From NCBI RefSeq assembly GCF_004010195.1, contig NC_057728.1, positions 49,151,065 to 49,215,064 on the forward strand: 64,000 nt of DNA, given 5' to 3'. The stretch's first letter is position 1, and every line of letters begins with the position of its first letter. Below the pieces are notes generated by a model. The model was not told the DNA's origin. It saw only the letters and a list, made by a program, of their open reading frames with translations, and did not search any database. The DNA is from Chiloscyllium plagiosum. Taxonomy: Eukaryota. A program made the position numbers and the translations under genes. Shown here one piece after another: positions 26,951-37,569 of this stretch.

Positions 26951-28931
26951 TTCCATGTAGGCTGTCAGTTTGGAAAATGTTATTGGGAGTCATGCCTGAG
27001 GGTAGGAAGTTGGGGTTTGTAGGGTTCCAGGGGAGGTGTGCTGGGGTTTGAAATCAGATCCATAAAAATTAATGGCTGTCAGGGGTTAGGTTGGTTCACA
27101 GTGATTTTAGATTTTAAGTTTAGATTTTATCGCTACATGTACTCAAGAACAGAAGTACAGGTGACAGTGAAAAGTGTATAATGTTGCCACACACTGCACC
27201 AGCTCAGGTGAAAAGGTACCTGGTTACAAAAAAAACTGAAGTACAAAGTTGTAAAAGAAACAAAGTTTAAAAAGGTTAAGCATTACCTTCATTGAATATG
27301 TAGAAAAATAAAGAAATAAGGTAATAGTTAACCTTAAAGTCCTTCTTAATATAAACTAGAAAAATAAAGAAATAAACTCTTCCTGCATTGGGCCATGTCG
27401 CCTCCCTAATCTCCTCCTGTTGTCTCCAGACCTTCCCAGGACAGGACTCACTCGCATGATGAGATACAGCTATGCTGGGCCAGGAGACCATCACGTGTTG
27501 CCAAAAAACTGGGTCGAGAGACTGCCATGGGGCAGGCTGGGCCAAGAAGATGCATTGCCAGGTCTGCGCCTAGGCTGGCAGTGAATGAAAGAATAAAATG
27601 AACACCAAGAGTGAAAAAAACAGAGGTTAAAAAGAAAGAGAAATAAACAGATGAGGTCCAGGGTGTGGGTGCTGGGGCCCTGAAGGGGTTCAGGTGTCTG
27701 TCAGGGATTGAAGGGGGTGTTGGTGCTGAGTTTATGTGGTCAGTTTAATAGTTACCCATGCATTAGGACAGGTTTTAATTCTTCTAGTTTCTTGCATAAC
27801 AATTAGCTAAGTCACTCAGAACCCTATGAGGGATCCAATTCCCAGTTTGGAACTTTCTGATTCGGCTGTGTGGAGACCTTCACATAGCCCTAAAGCTCAA
27901 CTCCTGAAGTATCCTGCTGCAATGATTCTACCTTTCAGAACATCTTCAACGTTACGTTTAATTGTCAGTCTTTACTGATTCCTACTTCCACATTTGCAAA
28001 AGGAACTCTGGATCCGGTAATTGGGCACTTCAGCCACCAGGTTGCACTGTATAATGGTTTCCCCACTAATCTGAATTTTGTATTAATCCCTTTGCATACG
28101 GGACTGGTCTTGGTATTGTGGTAACGTAACTAGACTAGCAGTCTGACACCCTGCCTCCCCAGCTGATGTTTTCGGATTATGGGTTCAAATGCCTTTGTGG
28201 CAGATGATGACATTTGAAATCAACATACCTTTTAAAAAATTAATTAAAAGCTAGCTGAAGGGCAACTGTTGGTTATTGGTAAAAATCATCTGGTTCACCA
28301 GTGCTCTGAGAGAAGGAAATCTGCTACCCTTATCTGTTCTGACTCCAGAACCATAATTGACTCTTAATTAACGAGTGACAACAATTATGAGCTAAGCCAG
28401 CAAAGCCCACCTGAATGAATCAAAAATTTAAATAGTTTATATCCAAAATTTTTGACATAGTTTCAAATTCAAAAATTTGAAATTTAATGCATCGCCTAAC
28501 ATTTTTGTTCAAATGAATTGACATCTGGATTTTATATTGTGGAATAGAGCGGTGTTAGTCTTCATTTAATTTTTATTTTAAAAATAATATTTAATGGGAT
28601 GAGGGCATCACTGGCATCATTTATTGTTCATCCTTAATTGCCCCTGTGAAGGTGATGGTGAGTCACCTTTTTGAACTATTGTAGTCCAATTTTCCTTTAC
28701 ATCCCTGGTTCCCACAGTGGAGGCACTTGGGGCAGTTTCACAGTGTCTCTCATCTGATTCTCCCCTTTTAATGGTAAGGGACAGTTCTTTCTCTCTTTTC
28801 TCCTCCCCTTGTTCCTCGATATTAAGAGTCATGTGATGAAAGATAAAATGTATATATCATGTTCACATCATTATTGGACTTTGGATTTCAAAACAGAGGC
28901 AGTTGGGTGTTGGTTGCCTATGTAAAGGGTT

Positions 28932-29375
28932 CAGTGAGTTTTGAGAAGATTTGTAGCTCAGGTTGAGGTTCTGGATGTAGGTTTGCCTGCTGAGCTAGAA
29001 GGTTCATTTCCAGATGTTTTGTCACCTTACTAGGTAACATCTTCAGTGGGCTTCTGGGTGAAGCACTGTTGATAATTCCTACTTTCTATTTCTCTGTTTG
29101 GGTTTCTTTGGGTTGGTGATGTCATTTCCTGCGATGATATCATTTCTTGTTCTTTTTCTCAGGGGGTGATAGATGGGATCTACCAGTCCGAGAAAAAGAA
29201 CAGAAAATGACATCACCACCGGAAATGACATCACCAACCCAAAGAAACTCAAACAGAGAAATAGAAAGCAGGAATTATCAACAGTGCTTCACCCAGATAC
29301 CCACTGAAGATGTTACCTTGTAGGGTGACGAAACATCTGGAAATGAACCTTCCAGCTCAGCGAGCAAACCTACAT
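28932..29375. mobile_element. Palindromic Penelope-derived element with hammerhead motifs
   Basis: Inverted arms of about 190 bp; cca-CTGAAGA-tgttacc...ggtgac-GAAA-CATC-tgg at 29301-29340; TSD-like cctatgtaaagggtt / cctgtgtgaagggtt; empty site near 16300. Confidence 0.8.
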
Positions 29376-31153
29376 CCTGTGTGAAGGGTTTTCTATTTTT
29401 TACTAAAAAAGGGTCAGAAAATCCTTTGGGACAGTGACTTCAATTGAGCATTTGTTATAAAGCAGTTGACCGCAGATCACTGTGGTGTTAATGGAAAGAC
29501 ATATAACTGTTCGATTTGTGCCAGATAAGATAAATAATTAAGGACATTAGCTCTGTTTTCATTGCAGAAAAAGGTAGGATTGAGCAAATTTTAAGATTCT
29601 GTTAAAAAAAAACAAGTTGAGTTCACAAGCAAGTTTAGTTTCTCTCCTAGAAGGAATGCAGGGAGTCAGTTAATACAAGGGAAGTGTTTAATTTGTAATG
29701 TTTCCAAACCAGGAGAGATTGATTCATAAGGTTGTGAGAACTGAGAACATTTAGGCTCTCCGAATTGGCATATGTTCATGCTGGCAGAATTAGAAAGGAC
29801 TCATTGAATTGTCTTCACAGTCCATGGAAAAGTCTTTGTCAGGAGTTACTTCAATAGAAACTTAAAACGTTGAGGTAGGTGTGGAATGTTTCTGGACTTG
29901 ACAGTCTGTAACAAACAAAACTTTGATTAGAGATCTTTTTACCCATCCTCTTGTTGTTAAAGAAAATCTGCACCTTTGTGCGAATGTCATTGTGACTAAC
30001 CACCATGTTAAATCACTGAACAACAATAAAATTATCAAATGCAGAATGTTAGGGAGAAATGATTTTGAGGGATGGAATGTTTAATAATTGATTAATGTCT
30101 ATTCATTCCCATACTAGTCAAATTAAATAAGATCATTCTTCTGCCTCCTCCCTGTAATTTTTGAGCCCTTTACTTATCAAGAACCTGTCTATCTCTGTAT
30201 TAAATACATTCAATGACTTGGTCTCCACAGCTTTCTGTGACAATGAGTTCCACAGATTCACCATCGGCTGGCTGAAGGAATTCCTTCTCATTTCAGTTTT
30301 AAAGGGTCATTCCTTCCCTCTGATTCTGTGCTCAAGGGTCCTAGTCTCACCAACTAGTGGAAATATCTTCTTCACATCCAGTCTATCCAGGGTTCTCTGT
30401 ATCCTGCAAGTTTCAGGATGAAACCCCCTTCATCCTTCTAAATTCCATCAAGTACAGATCAACCTTTCCTCATAAGATCTCCCTCCCATTCCACATATTT
30501 GTCCAGTAAACCTTCTCTGAACTGCCTCTAACTCATTGACATACTTTCTTAAATATGCAACCAATACTGTACACAATATACAAAACACTTCAGCGTCTCG
30601 GTCAATACATATTTCTTGTCTATTGAAAGCTGATACAACTGACCTGAAGAAGCAAAAAAATTGGTTCCCAGCCATTTAATTATGAGCCAAATGCCAGTGC
30701 AGGCAGGCAAGTGAGCCCATTGCACTGAATCATGTGCACACCTTATATGTTGGAAAAATGATCAGACCACACATCCATTTCTACTACATTTATACTACTT
30801 CAGTATGTCTGACATTGTAACGATGACTATATTTCAGAAATTCCTGCATTGACTATCAAGTACTTGGGGACATTTGAGTTTCTGAAAGGCACTATGGAAA
30901 GGTTAGTTATTCCTTTGTACTTCAAAGTTTTTTAGTTGCTTGCTGAAATTAAATTGCAGCTGGAAGAGTTCTGTGGCTTGGTATTTAAGGCAAATTGAAA
31001 AGTATTCCACACAATTTCACTGTGAATAGCAATCTCAGAAATCTTGTCACATGAAGACTTTTCCTTAATGTGGCAATTAATCAGATATTAAATTGTGACT
31101 TGTAGTAGTGGGTCACTTATGTAAATGATAGAACTGTTTTATGTAACCATTCT

Positions 31154-31694
31154 TGTGGTTCTGTTCACCGAGCTGGGAATTTGTGTTGCAGACGTTTCGT
31201 CCCCTGTCTCGGTGACATCCAGAGTGCTTGGGAGCCTCCTGTGAAGCGCTTCTGAGATCTTTCCTCCACCATTTGTAGTGGTTTGAATCTGCTGCTTCCG
31301 GTTGTCAGTTCCAGCTGTCTGTTGCAGTGGTCGGTATATTGGGTCCAGGTCGATGTGCTTATTGATTGAATCTGTGGATGAGTACCATGCCTCTAGGAAC
31401 AGTCAGGGAATTCCTAGAGGCATGGCACTCATCCACAGATTCAATCAATAAGCACATCGACCTGGACCCAATATACCGACCACTGCAACGGATAGCTGGA
31501 ACTGACAACCGGAAGCAGCAGATCCAAACCACTACAAATGGCGGAGGAAAGATCACAGAAGCGCTTCACAAGAGGCTCCCAAGCACTGAGGATGTCACCT
31601 AGACAGGGGACGAAACGTCTGCAACACAAATTCCCAGCGAGGCGAACAGAACCACAACAACGAGCACCCGAGCTACAAATCTTCTCACAAACGT
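31154..31694. mobile_element. Palindromic Penelope insertion (inverted pLTR plus ORF C-terminus) with hammerhead
   Basis: Arms of about 245 bp (31154-31399 / 31411-31657); encodes REFLEAWHSSTDSINKHIDLDPIYRPLQ (PLE GIY-YIG C-terminus); exact 12-bp TSD tgtaaccattct (31142-31153, 31695-31706). Confidence 0.88.
31583..31622 (+). ncRNA. Minimal hammerhead ribozyme motif
   Basis: gca-CUGAGGA-u-gucaccu(agac)aggggac-GAAA-CG-UC-ugc; stem I gca/ugc; ACGU palindrome. Confidence 0.72.
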
Positions 31695-32681
31695 TGTAAC
31701 CATTCTGACGATTTTGTGGTTCAAAGGATCAAAGGATATCAATTTTATAACTGGAAGCATTGTAGTTCATGTTCATAACTTGTTGATATGTTTTTCAGGA
31801 AACCCAATTGTTATTCACTCTATATAACAATTAAATTAATGTACAATACCATAAAAACTTGATACCTTGATCAGGAAGGTATTTGTGGAAATAAGTGTAC
31901 AGTAGTGAATAAAGGATTAATTCACAGGTATTTCTTGAAGTAAGTTGCTTTGTATTAGGACAAAAGAACTTATTAGTCTACATACCTTACATTTGTTGCT
32001 GTGTTACCTGGGAGTAATCAGGCACATATAATAAATGATAGAATTGAAAATGTTGTAAAAATAAGTGCAAGTTCATGACTGTCAGCATGGGGTAGACTTT
32101 CCACTTTGGACAGAGTTTTGAATCTGGAATTGTGCTGATTTTAATAACTGATGCTAAGGCTCAAGTTTCTGCTTAAAATCATAATTGTGAATGTGAACCC
32201 TGTCATGAAACAGTACATTTAGTCAATGTAAACAAAAACAGTTCACATTTATATGATGCATTTCACTTACTACACATCATAAGATACTCAACCAGAGCAT
32301 TACAACAATAACATCAACTTATATTCCTTTAATGTAAAAAAATCCCAAAATCCCTTAAAGAATCCCTTAACACTAACTGCCACAGAACCAGATGAGAAGG
32401 TGTTTGTTCACATTATTATGATAGTATCACTGGACAAGTCAAATTCCAGAATGAAACCTAGCTTGATAGACCGTATGTTCAATTTGTTTTTTCTTAATTA
32501 ATATGGTGGATAGTCACTGAAAAATATTTGCATAAGGCTGCACATGTTTTTAAACAATAGAACATAGGTCTATTCCACAGAAGAAAACAAGCAACTAAGT
32601 TATGAGCATTAGATCTTAACACAAGTTCAACATTTCCCAAGTCTCTCCCTACTCCCCTATCTTATTATGTTTCTATTTTTT

Positions 32682-32990
32682 TGATTAGATTCCCTACAAT
32701 GTGGAAACAGGCCCTTCAGCCCAACAAGTCCACACCCACCCTCTGAAGAAACCCAGACCCATTTCCCTCTGATTAATGCACCTAACACAATAGGCAATTT
32801 AGCATGGCCAATTCACCTGACCTGCACATTTTGGACTGTGGGAGGAAACCTGAGCACTTGGAGGAAACCCATACAGACACAGGGAGAACGTGCAAACTCC
32901 ACACAGATAGTCGCCCGAGGCTGGAAACAAACCTGGGATAGTGGTGCTGTGAGGCAGCAGTGCTAACCACTGAACCACTGTGCCACCCAC
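32682..32990 (-). mobile_element. HE1-type SINE
   Basis: Same SINE core and tail as the other copies. Confidence 0.9.
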
Positions 32991-33381
32991 TTACCTGACT
33001 CCTTCCAGGATCTTTCCAGGGGATTGTAGACACGATTTAGTGAGTCTGCTGTCACGACCTTTTCACAAAGCTGAGGGCCCCTAATCTTTCTCAATTCTAA
33101 TAATTTGGAGATTTCTGTCTAAACTTTCCAAGCCTCTCTCAAACACTACATACTTCTGATGGAGTAAGCTTCTGTGAACTGCCCTGAGTTCTTGCTAGAG
33201 GACAAACCTAAAACTTGCTTCTGAATTCAAATCTGGTGTTTTCTTATGTGGAGGTGCCGTCGTTGGACTGGGGTGGACAAAATCAAAAAAATCACACAAC
33301 ACCAGGTTATAATCTAACAGGTTTATTTGAAGTTAAAAATCACATAACACTAGGTTATAGTCCAACAGGTTGATTTGGAAG

Positions 33382-33416
33382 CACTAGCTTTCGGAATGCT
33401 GCTCCTTCATCAGGTG
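33382..33416 (-). ncRNA. Minimal hammerhead ribozyme motif
   Basis: Minus strand cac-CUGAUGA-a-ggag(cagca)uucc-GAAA-GC-UA-gug; stem I cac/gug; palindrome AGCU. Confidence 0.7.
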
Positions 33417-33446
33417 GTTGTGGAGTATAAGATTGTAGGACACAGA

Positions 33447-33760
33447 ATTACATTACATTACATTACAGTGTGGAAACAGGCCCTTCGGCCCAACAAGTCC
33501 ACACCGACCCGCCGAAGCGCAACCCACCCATACCCCTACATTTACCCCTTACCTAACACTATGGGCAATTTAGCATGGCCAATTCACCTGACCTGCACAT
33601 CTTTGGACTGTGGGAGGAAACCGGAGCACCCGGAGGAAACCCATGCAGACATGGGGAGAACGTACAAACTCCACACAGTCAGTCGCCTGAGGCGGGAAAT
33701 GAACCCGGGTCTCTGGCGCTGTGAGGCAGCAGTGCTAACCACTGTGTCACTGTGCCGCCC
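33447..33760 (-). mobile_element. HE1-type SINE with (ttaca)n tail
   Basis: CpG-rich, young-looking copy nested in the Penelope remnant. Confidence 0.9.
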
Positions 33761-35159
33761 ATTTATAGCATACGTTTACAGTGTGATGTAACTGAAATTA
33801 TATCTTGAAAAAGACATGGATTGTTTGTTAAGTATCTCATCTTTTAGAATGACCATGTTGGTTTCAGTTCTTTCATATGTGAAGCCCAGAACTTTTTTGA
33901 AGTTACATTCTCAAGTGAACTTTAACAATAGGTGCCATGTTGGCCCAGATAATGCATTGAAGGTGTGAGATGTCCTATGTGAGGCCAATGTTCAGACTGT
34001 TTCTAAATGAAAAAAGTGATTTACAGAATCTTACATGGATTCATGCAGTTTTTGAGCAAAATAAAATGTAATTCTGCAAGTACAAATTCACCCCACAAAC
34101 CTCTATATGTGTGTGTATGTGGGTGTGTCCGTGGGGGGAATATGAGTGTCTGCGAGAGAGTGTGTATATTTGTGTGAGTGTGAGTGAGAGGTATAGGTCT
34201 GTGAGAGGGTTCGTATGAGTGTATGTGTGAGTTTATGAGAGAGGGTCTCCGTGAGTATATTGGTCTGTATGTGTGTGTGTAGTGCAGTGGGGGTCACTTG
34301 TAGTATGACATGAACCCAAGGTCCCTGTTGAAGCCATCCCCAAGGGTACCGAACTTGGCTATCAAGTGAACTTGGAATTCACTGTCCAAAAGGATGGTAA
34401 TGGCAGGAATCCTCATAACATTTAAGTATTTAGAGGAACACTTGAGATGCCAAGGCATACAGGACTATGGGCCAAGTCTCAGAAATGGAACTATGGTAGT
34501 CAACTGGTTGTTTTTGACCCATGCAGTCTTGATGGGCTGTAGGACCTTTTATGTACTGCAACCCTCTATGAATCTATGACTCTAAGATCTTCATTGTCTC
34601 TGTTTTAAATGGACAACCACTTCTGAGATTAGTTAGTTTGGTCCTAGACTCTCCCACTAGGGGAACCATCTTCGACACATCGACCCTGTCAAGTATCCCC
34701 AAGAATCTTATATATTTCAATAAATTTGCCTCTCGCTCTTCTAGACTCCAATGATGTCAATATTTTAACCCTCTTCTGAAAAGTCCTCCCTACTCCTGAT
34801 CATCCTTGTGAACCTCCTCTGGACTCTCCAATGCCAGTATATCTTTCCTTGGATAAAGGGACCAAAATGAATAGAATAGCAATTAGCAATTTATAGAATA
34901 GTAATTTATTGTCACTTGTAGTTTTTACAAAAAAATACGGTGAAAGGTGTTTAAGTCGTCATAGTCTGGCACCATTGTAATAACAAATTATATTTATTTA
35001 AAAAAAACATTAAGACAAAGTCCATCTTAGTTCAATACACGGCTCCATGATCCCTGAGGTCGAGGAAACCCACCACCTCAATAAATCCCTGGCTGAACTC
35101 ACCATGGTGCCGAACAAGCCGCCGCAAGAAATCCCAGGCCAGGTTGGACCCTCAATACT

Positions 35160-35333
35160 AGGTAAAAACAATGACTGCAGATGCTAGAAACCAGAGTCTA
35201 GATTAGAGTGGTGCTGAAAAAGCACAGCAGTTCAGGCAGCAACCGAGGAGCAGTAAAATCGACGTTTCGGGGAAAAGCCCTTCATCAGGAATACTGCCTG
35301 AACTGCTGTGCTTTTCCAGCACCACTCTAATCT
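35160..35333 (-). mobile_element. Partially palindromic Penelope-derived element with hammerhead core
   Basis: Minus strand CUGAUGA-agggcuuuucccc-GAAA-CGUC at 35261-35288; inverted flanks; TSD-like ggaccctcaatac / ggacccacaatac. Confidence 0.75.
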
Positions 35334-35989
35334 GGACCCACAATACCGTTGAACGGCCGCCAAAGCAGCGCAACCCATCGTAGGACCCAAGGGAATGTAG
35401 CCACGAGGAACGGCTGGATCTATGATTTGTAGATGCCAATGTTGGACTGGGCTGTACAAAGTTAAAAATCACACAACATCAGGTTATAATCCAACAGGTT
35501 TAATTGGAAACACTAGCTTTTGGAGTGCTGCTCCTTCATCAGGTGGTTGTGCTACACCGCATTCTCCACTGCAGCACAGTCTCCTTCCCTAAAGCCATCA
35601 AAAGAAGGTAGGGTGAATTTTGATGTTAAAAAATGATAATAAAGATGCGGCAGACCTGGTGATCAGAAGCAAATGGAGGAGGAGCTCGAACACTTTATAT
35701 CCTGCCTCCGCCAATGGTGTGGGTTCTAGGTGTGGTCTGAATTGTGACTTCCCAAGATTTAGATTTTTGGATTCAGATTTTATTGTCACATACCTGTTTA
35801 ACTTGCTCCTGATATTTATATACCCAAGTCATTGGAGTTTAAATTTGCCTGATGACTTTACAGAATACTCCTATCATAATTTATATGTGCTTACAAGACA
35901 AACAGTAATAATTGGCGTCTAAAAGTAAAGTGTATTTGTGCAGTATGTGTACTTTAGAATCCCTCGTGACAGTTTTGGAAAAGTGCAGA

Positions 35990-36263
35990 CACTGCCTTCT
36001 TTCAATGATGCCCCGCCCCCTCTATAAACCACACCCACTCGCCGAAGCTCGCGTTGTTATTGGCTAATTCGAATAGCGCTTTCTGCCGGATCAAGGGCGG
36101 TTCAACAATGAATGAGGTGCGTGGGAGGGAGGACCCTGGCGGAGTCGAGCCCAGCGCAAACTGACAGGAGGTGGGTAGTGAGGGATTATCCAGTCCGGAG
36201 TAGGGCGGGAGGACAGCAGGACCCTGGAGGAGCCGGGGAGCGCGGCCACTGGCGGATCTTCAG
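35990..36263 (+). promoter_or_regulatory. GAS2L3: CpG-rich promoter and probable non-coding exon 1 of GAS2L3
   Basis: Non-repetitive CpG-dense patch with GC boxes (ccgccc ~36013, gggcgg ~36095 and ~36203), inverted CCAAT (attgg 36059-36063), CHR-like TTCGAA (36068-36073) and a candidate donor CAG|gtgata at 36264; lies upstream of the GAS2L3 exons on the same strand. Confidence 0.6.
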
Positions 36264-37202
36264 GTGATACTTTGTCTCTTTCTCTCGTTACATTTTAGAG
36301 ACAAAGTTTCTGCCGCTCCCCGGGAAGGAGTTACTATAAACGCAACAAGTGAAGTTACCTGTGGGGTTCAGGATGGTACGGCGGAGAGCAGCAGGTGGTC
36401 GGAAATGGATATGTAGGAAGGTACACAGGGTTTAGTGAATACAGAGAAGTCGTATGGGGGTTAACGTGGATATAGTGAGGTGATTTGGCGATTAATATGC
36501 GTATGGTGAGGTTATTTGGGGATTAATGTGGATATGGGGAGGGTTGTAGCAGATACGGGGGAGATATAAGTTTGGTAAAAACAAGTACAAAGTGATTTGA
36601 AGGCATAAAAGGGAGGTAGAGGAGGGTAGAGTGCGTATGGGATGATACAGGGGTTTAAAGCAAGTGCAGGGAGGGTATAAGGTTTACAGATTGAATGCAG
36701 GAGAATTGCAGTAGGATAATGAGGATCCAGGGGCTAGATGGGGTACAGGGGAGTTTATAAGATGGCTAGAGGGGTTAGGAATGCAGAGGGTTAGAGGGGT
36801 ATAAGGGATGGAGGACTGCTGTGGATATGCCTGGGTGGGGAGTAGGTACTCAAGTGTTGAAATTTCCAATCTATTACTTGTGGGATTGAAGTTGTAGTGA
36901 AACTCCAACACTGGGTGATGCCAATCAGGGCAATTGTGTTTGAGCTGGCACAGATTTAGGAGCTGGAATGTAGGATAGAGAAAAGAAAGGTGAGGTTGAG
37001 CCTTGTTATCATGGATTTGTGAATTTAAAACACTGAAGAACAGGTAACAAGTGGATAATAGTGACATTGGGAGCAAGGGGTGAGAAGGGATGGATGGGCT
37101 TTTACTGGGCAAGGCTGGGGGGTATGGGGAAAGGTCTAATGGTGAAGATGAAGCTGCACAAAGGCTGGGCAGGGGATAATTGTATCAAGCAGCGAAACAT
37201 TA

Positions 37203-37569
37203 TATTTTAAATGAATGTTAAAATTGCATTCTAGTGCCTATCCATGCCCTATTAGTGCAATTAAGTTTGTGGCTTTGAGTGCTGTAAATCTGTCAATATT
37301 TTTACATCTGCTATCCTCTGTGATATTTTAAATTTCTTAAGTTTCACCTTTTCAGTTGATGATGTCATAATAGACAAAGTTAGCTCATATTTTAAATGAA
37401 TGTTAAAATTGCATTCTAGTGCCTATCCATGCCCTGTTAGTGCAATTAAGTTTGTGCCTTTGAGTGCTGTAAATCTGTCTAAATATTTTTACATCTGCTA
37501 TCCTCTGTGATATTTTAAATTTCTTAAGTTTCACCTTTTCAGTTGATGATGTCATAATAGACAAAGTTA
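37203..37569 (+). repeat. Near-identical tandem duplication with a unit of about 185 bp
   Basis: atattttaaatgaatgttaaaattgc...gtcataatagacaaagtta occurs at 37203-37382 and 37388-37569. Confidence 0.95.

Larger units (their letters stand above)
24890..31990 (-). repeat. Right arm of the large inverted duplication
   Basis: Matching blocks: 27760-28150 with 17120-17510; 25340-26100 with 17810-18570; 24890-25310 with 19530-19973; 31780-31990 with 14095-14995. Confidence 0.93.
33248..34365 (-). mobile_element. Penelope-like 3' end (ORF terminus, CA-rich tract, pLTR with hammerhead), interrupted by a SINE
   Basis: Minus strand 34365-34295 reads IAKFGTLGDGFNRDLGFMSYYK*; hammerhead motif at 33382-33416. 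Confidence 0.7.

Noticed and set aside
33375..33791. ORFs containing WPIHLTCTSLDCGRKPEHPEETHAD, recurring several times
   Set aside because: Translations of HE1 SINE copies, not a protein family.
1..35900. Exons of NR1H4, the upstream neighbour of GAS2L3 in human
   Set aside because: No nuclear-receptor motifs recognised in the ORF track or by eye.
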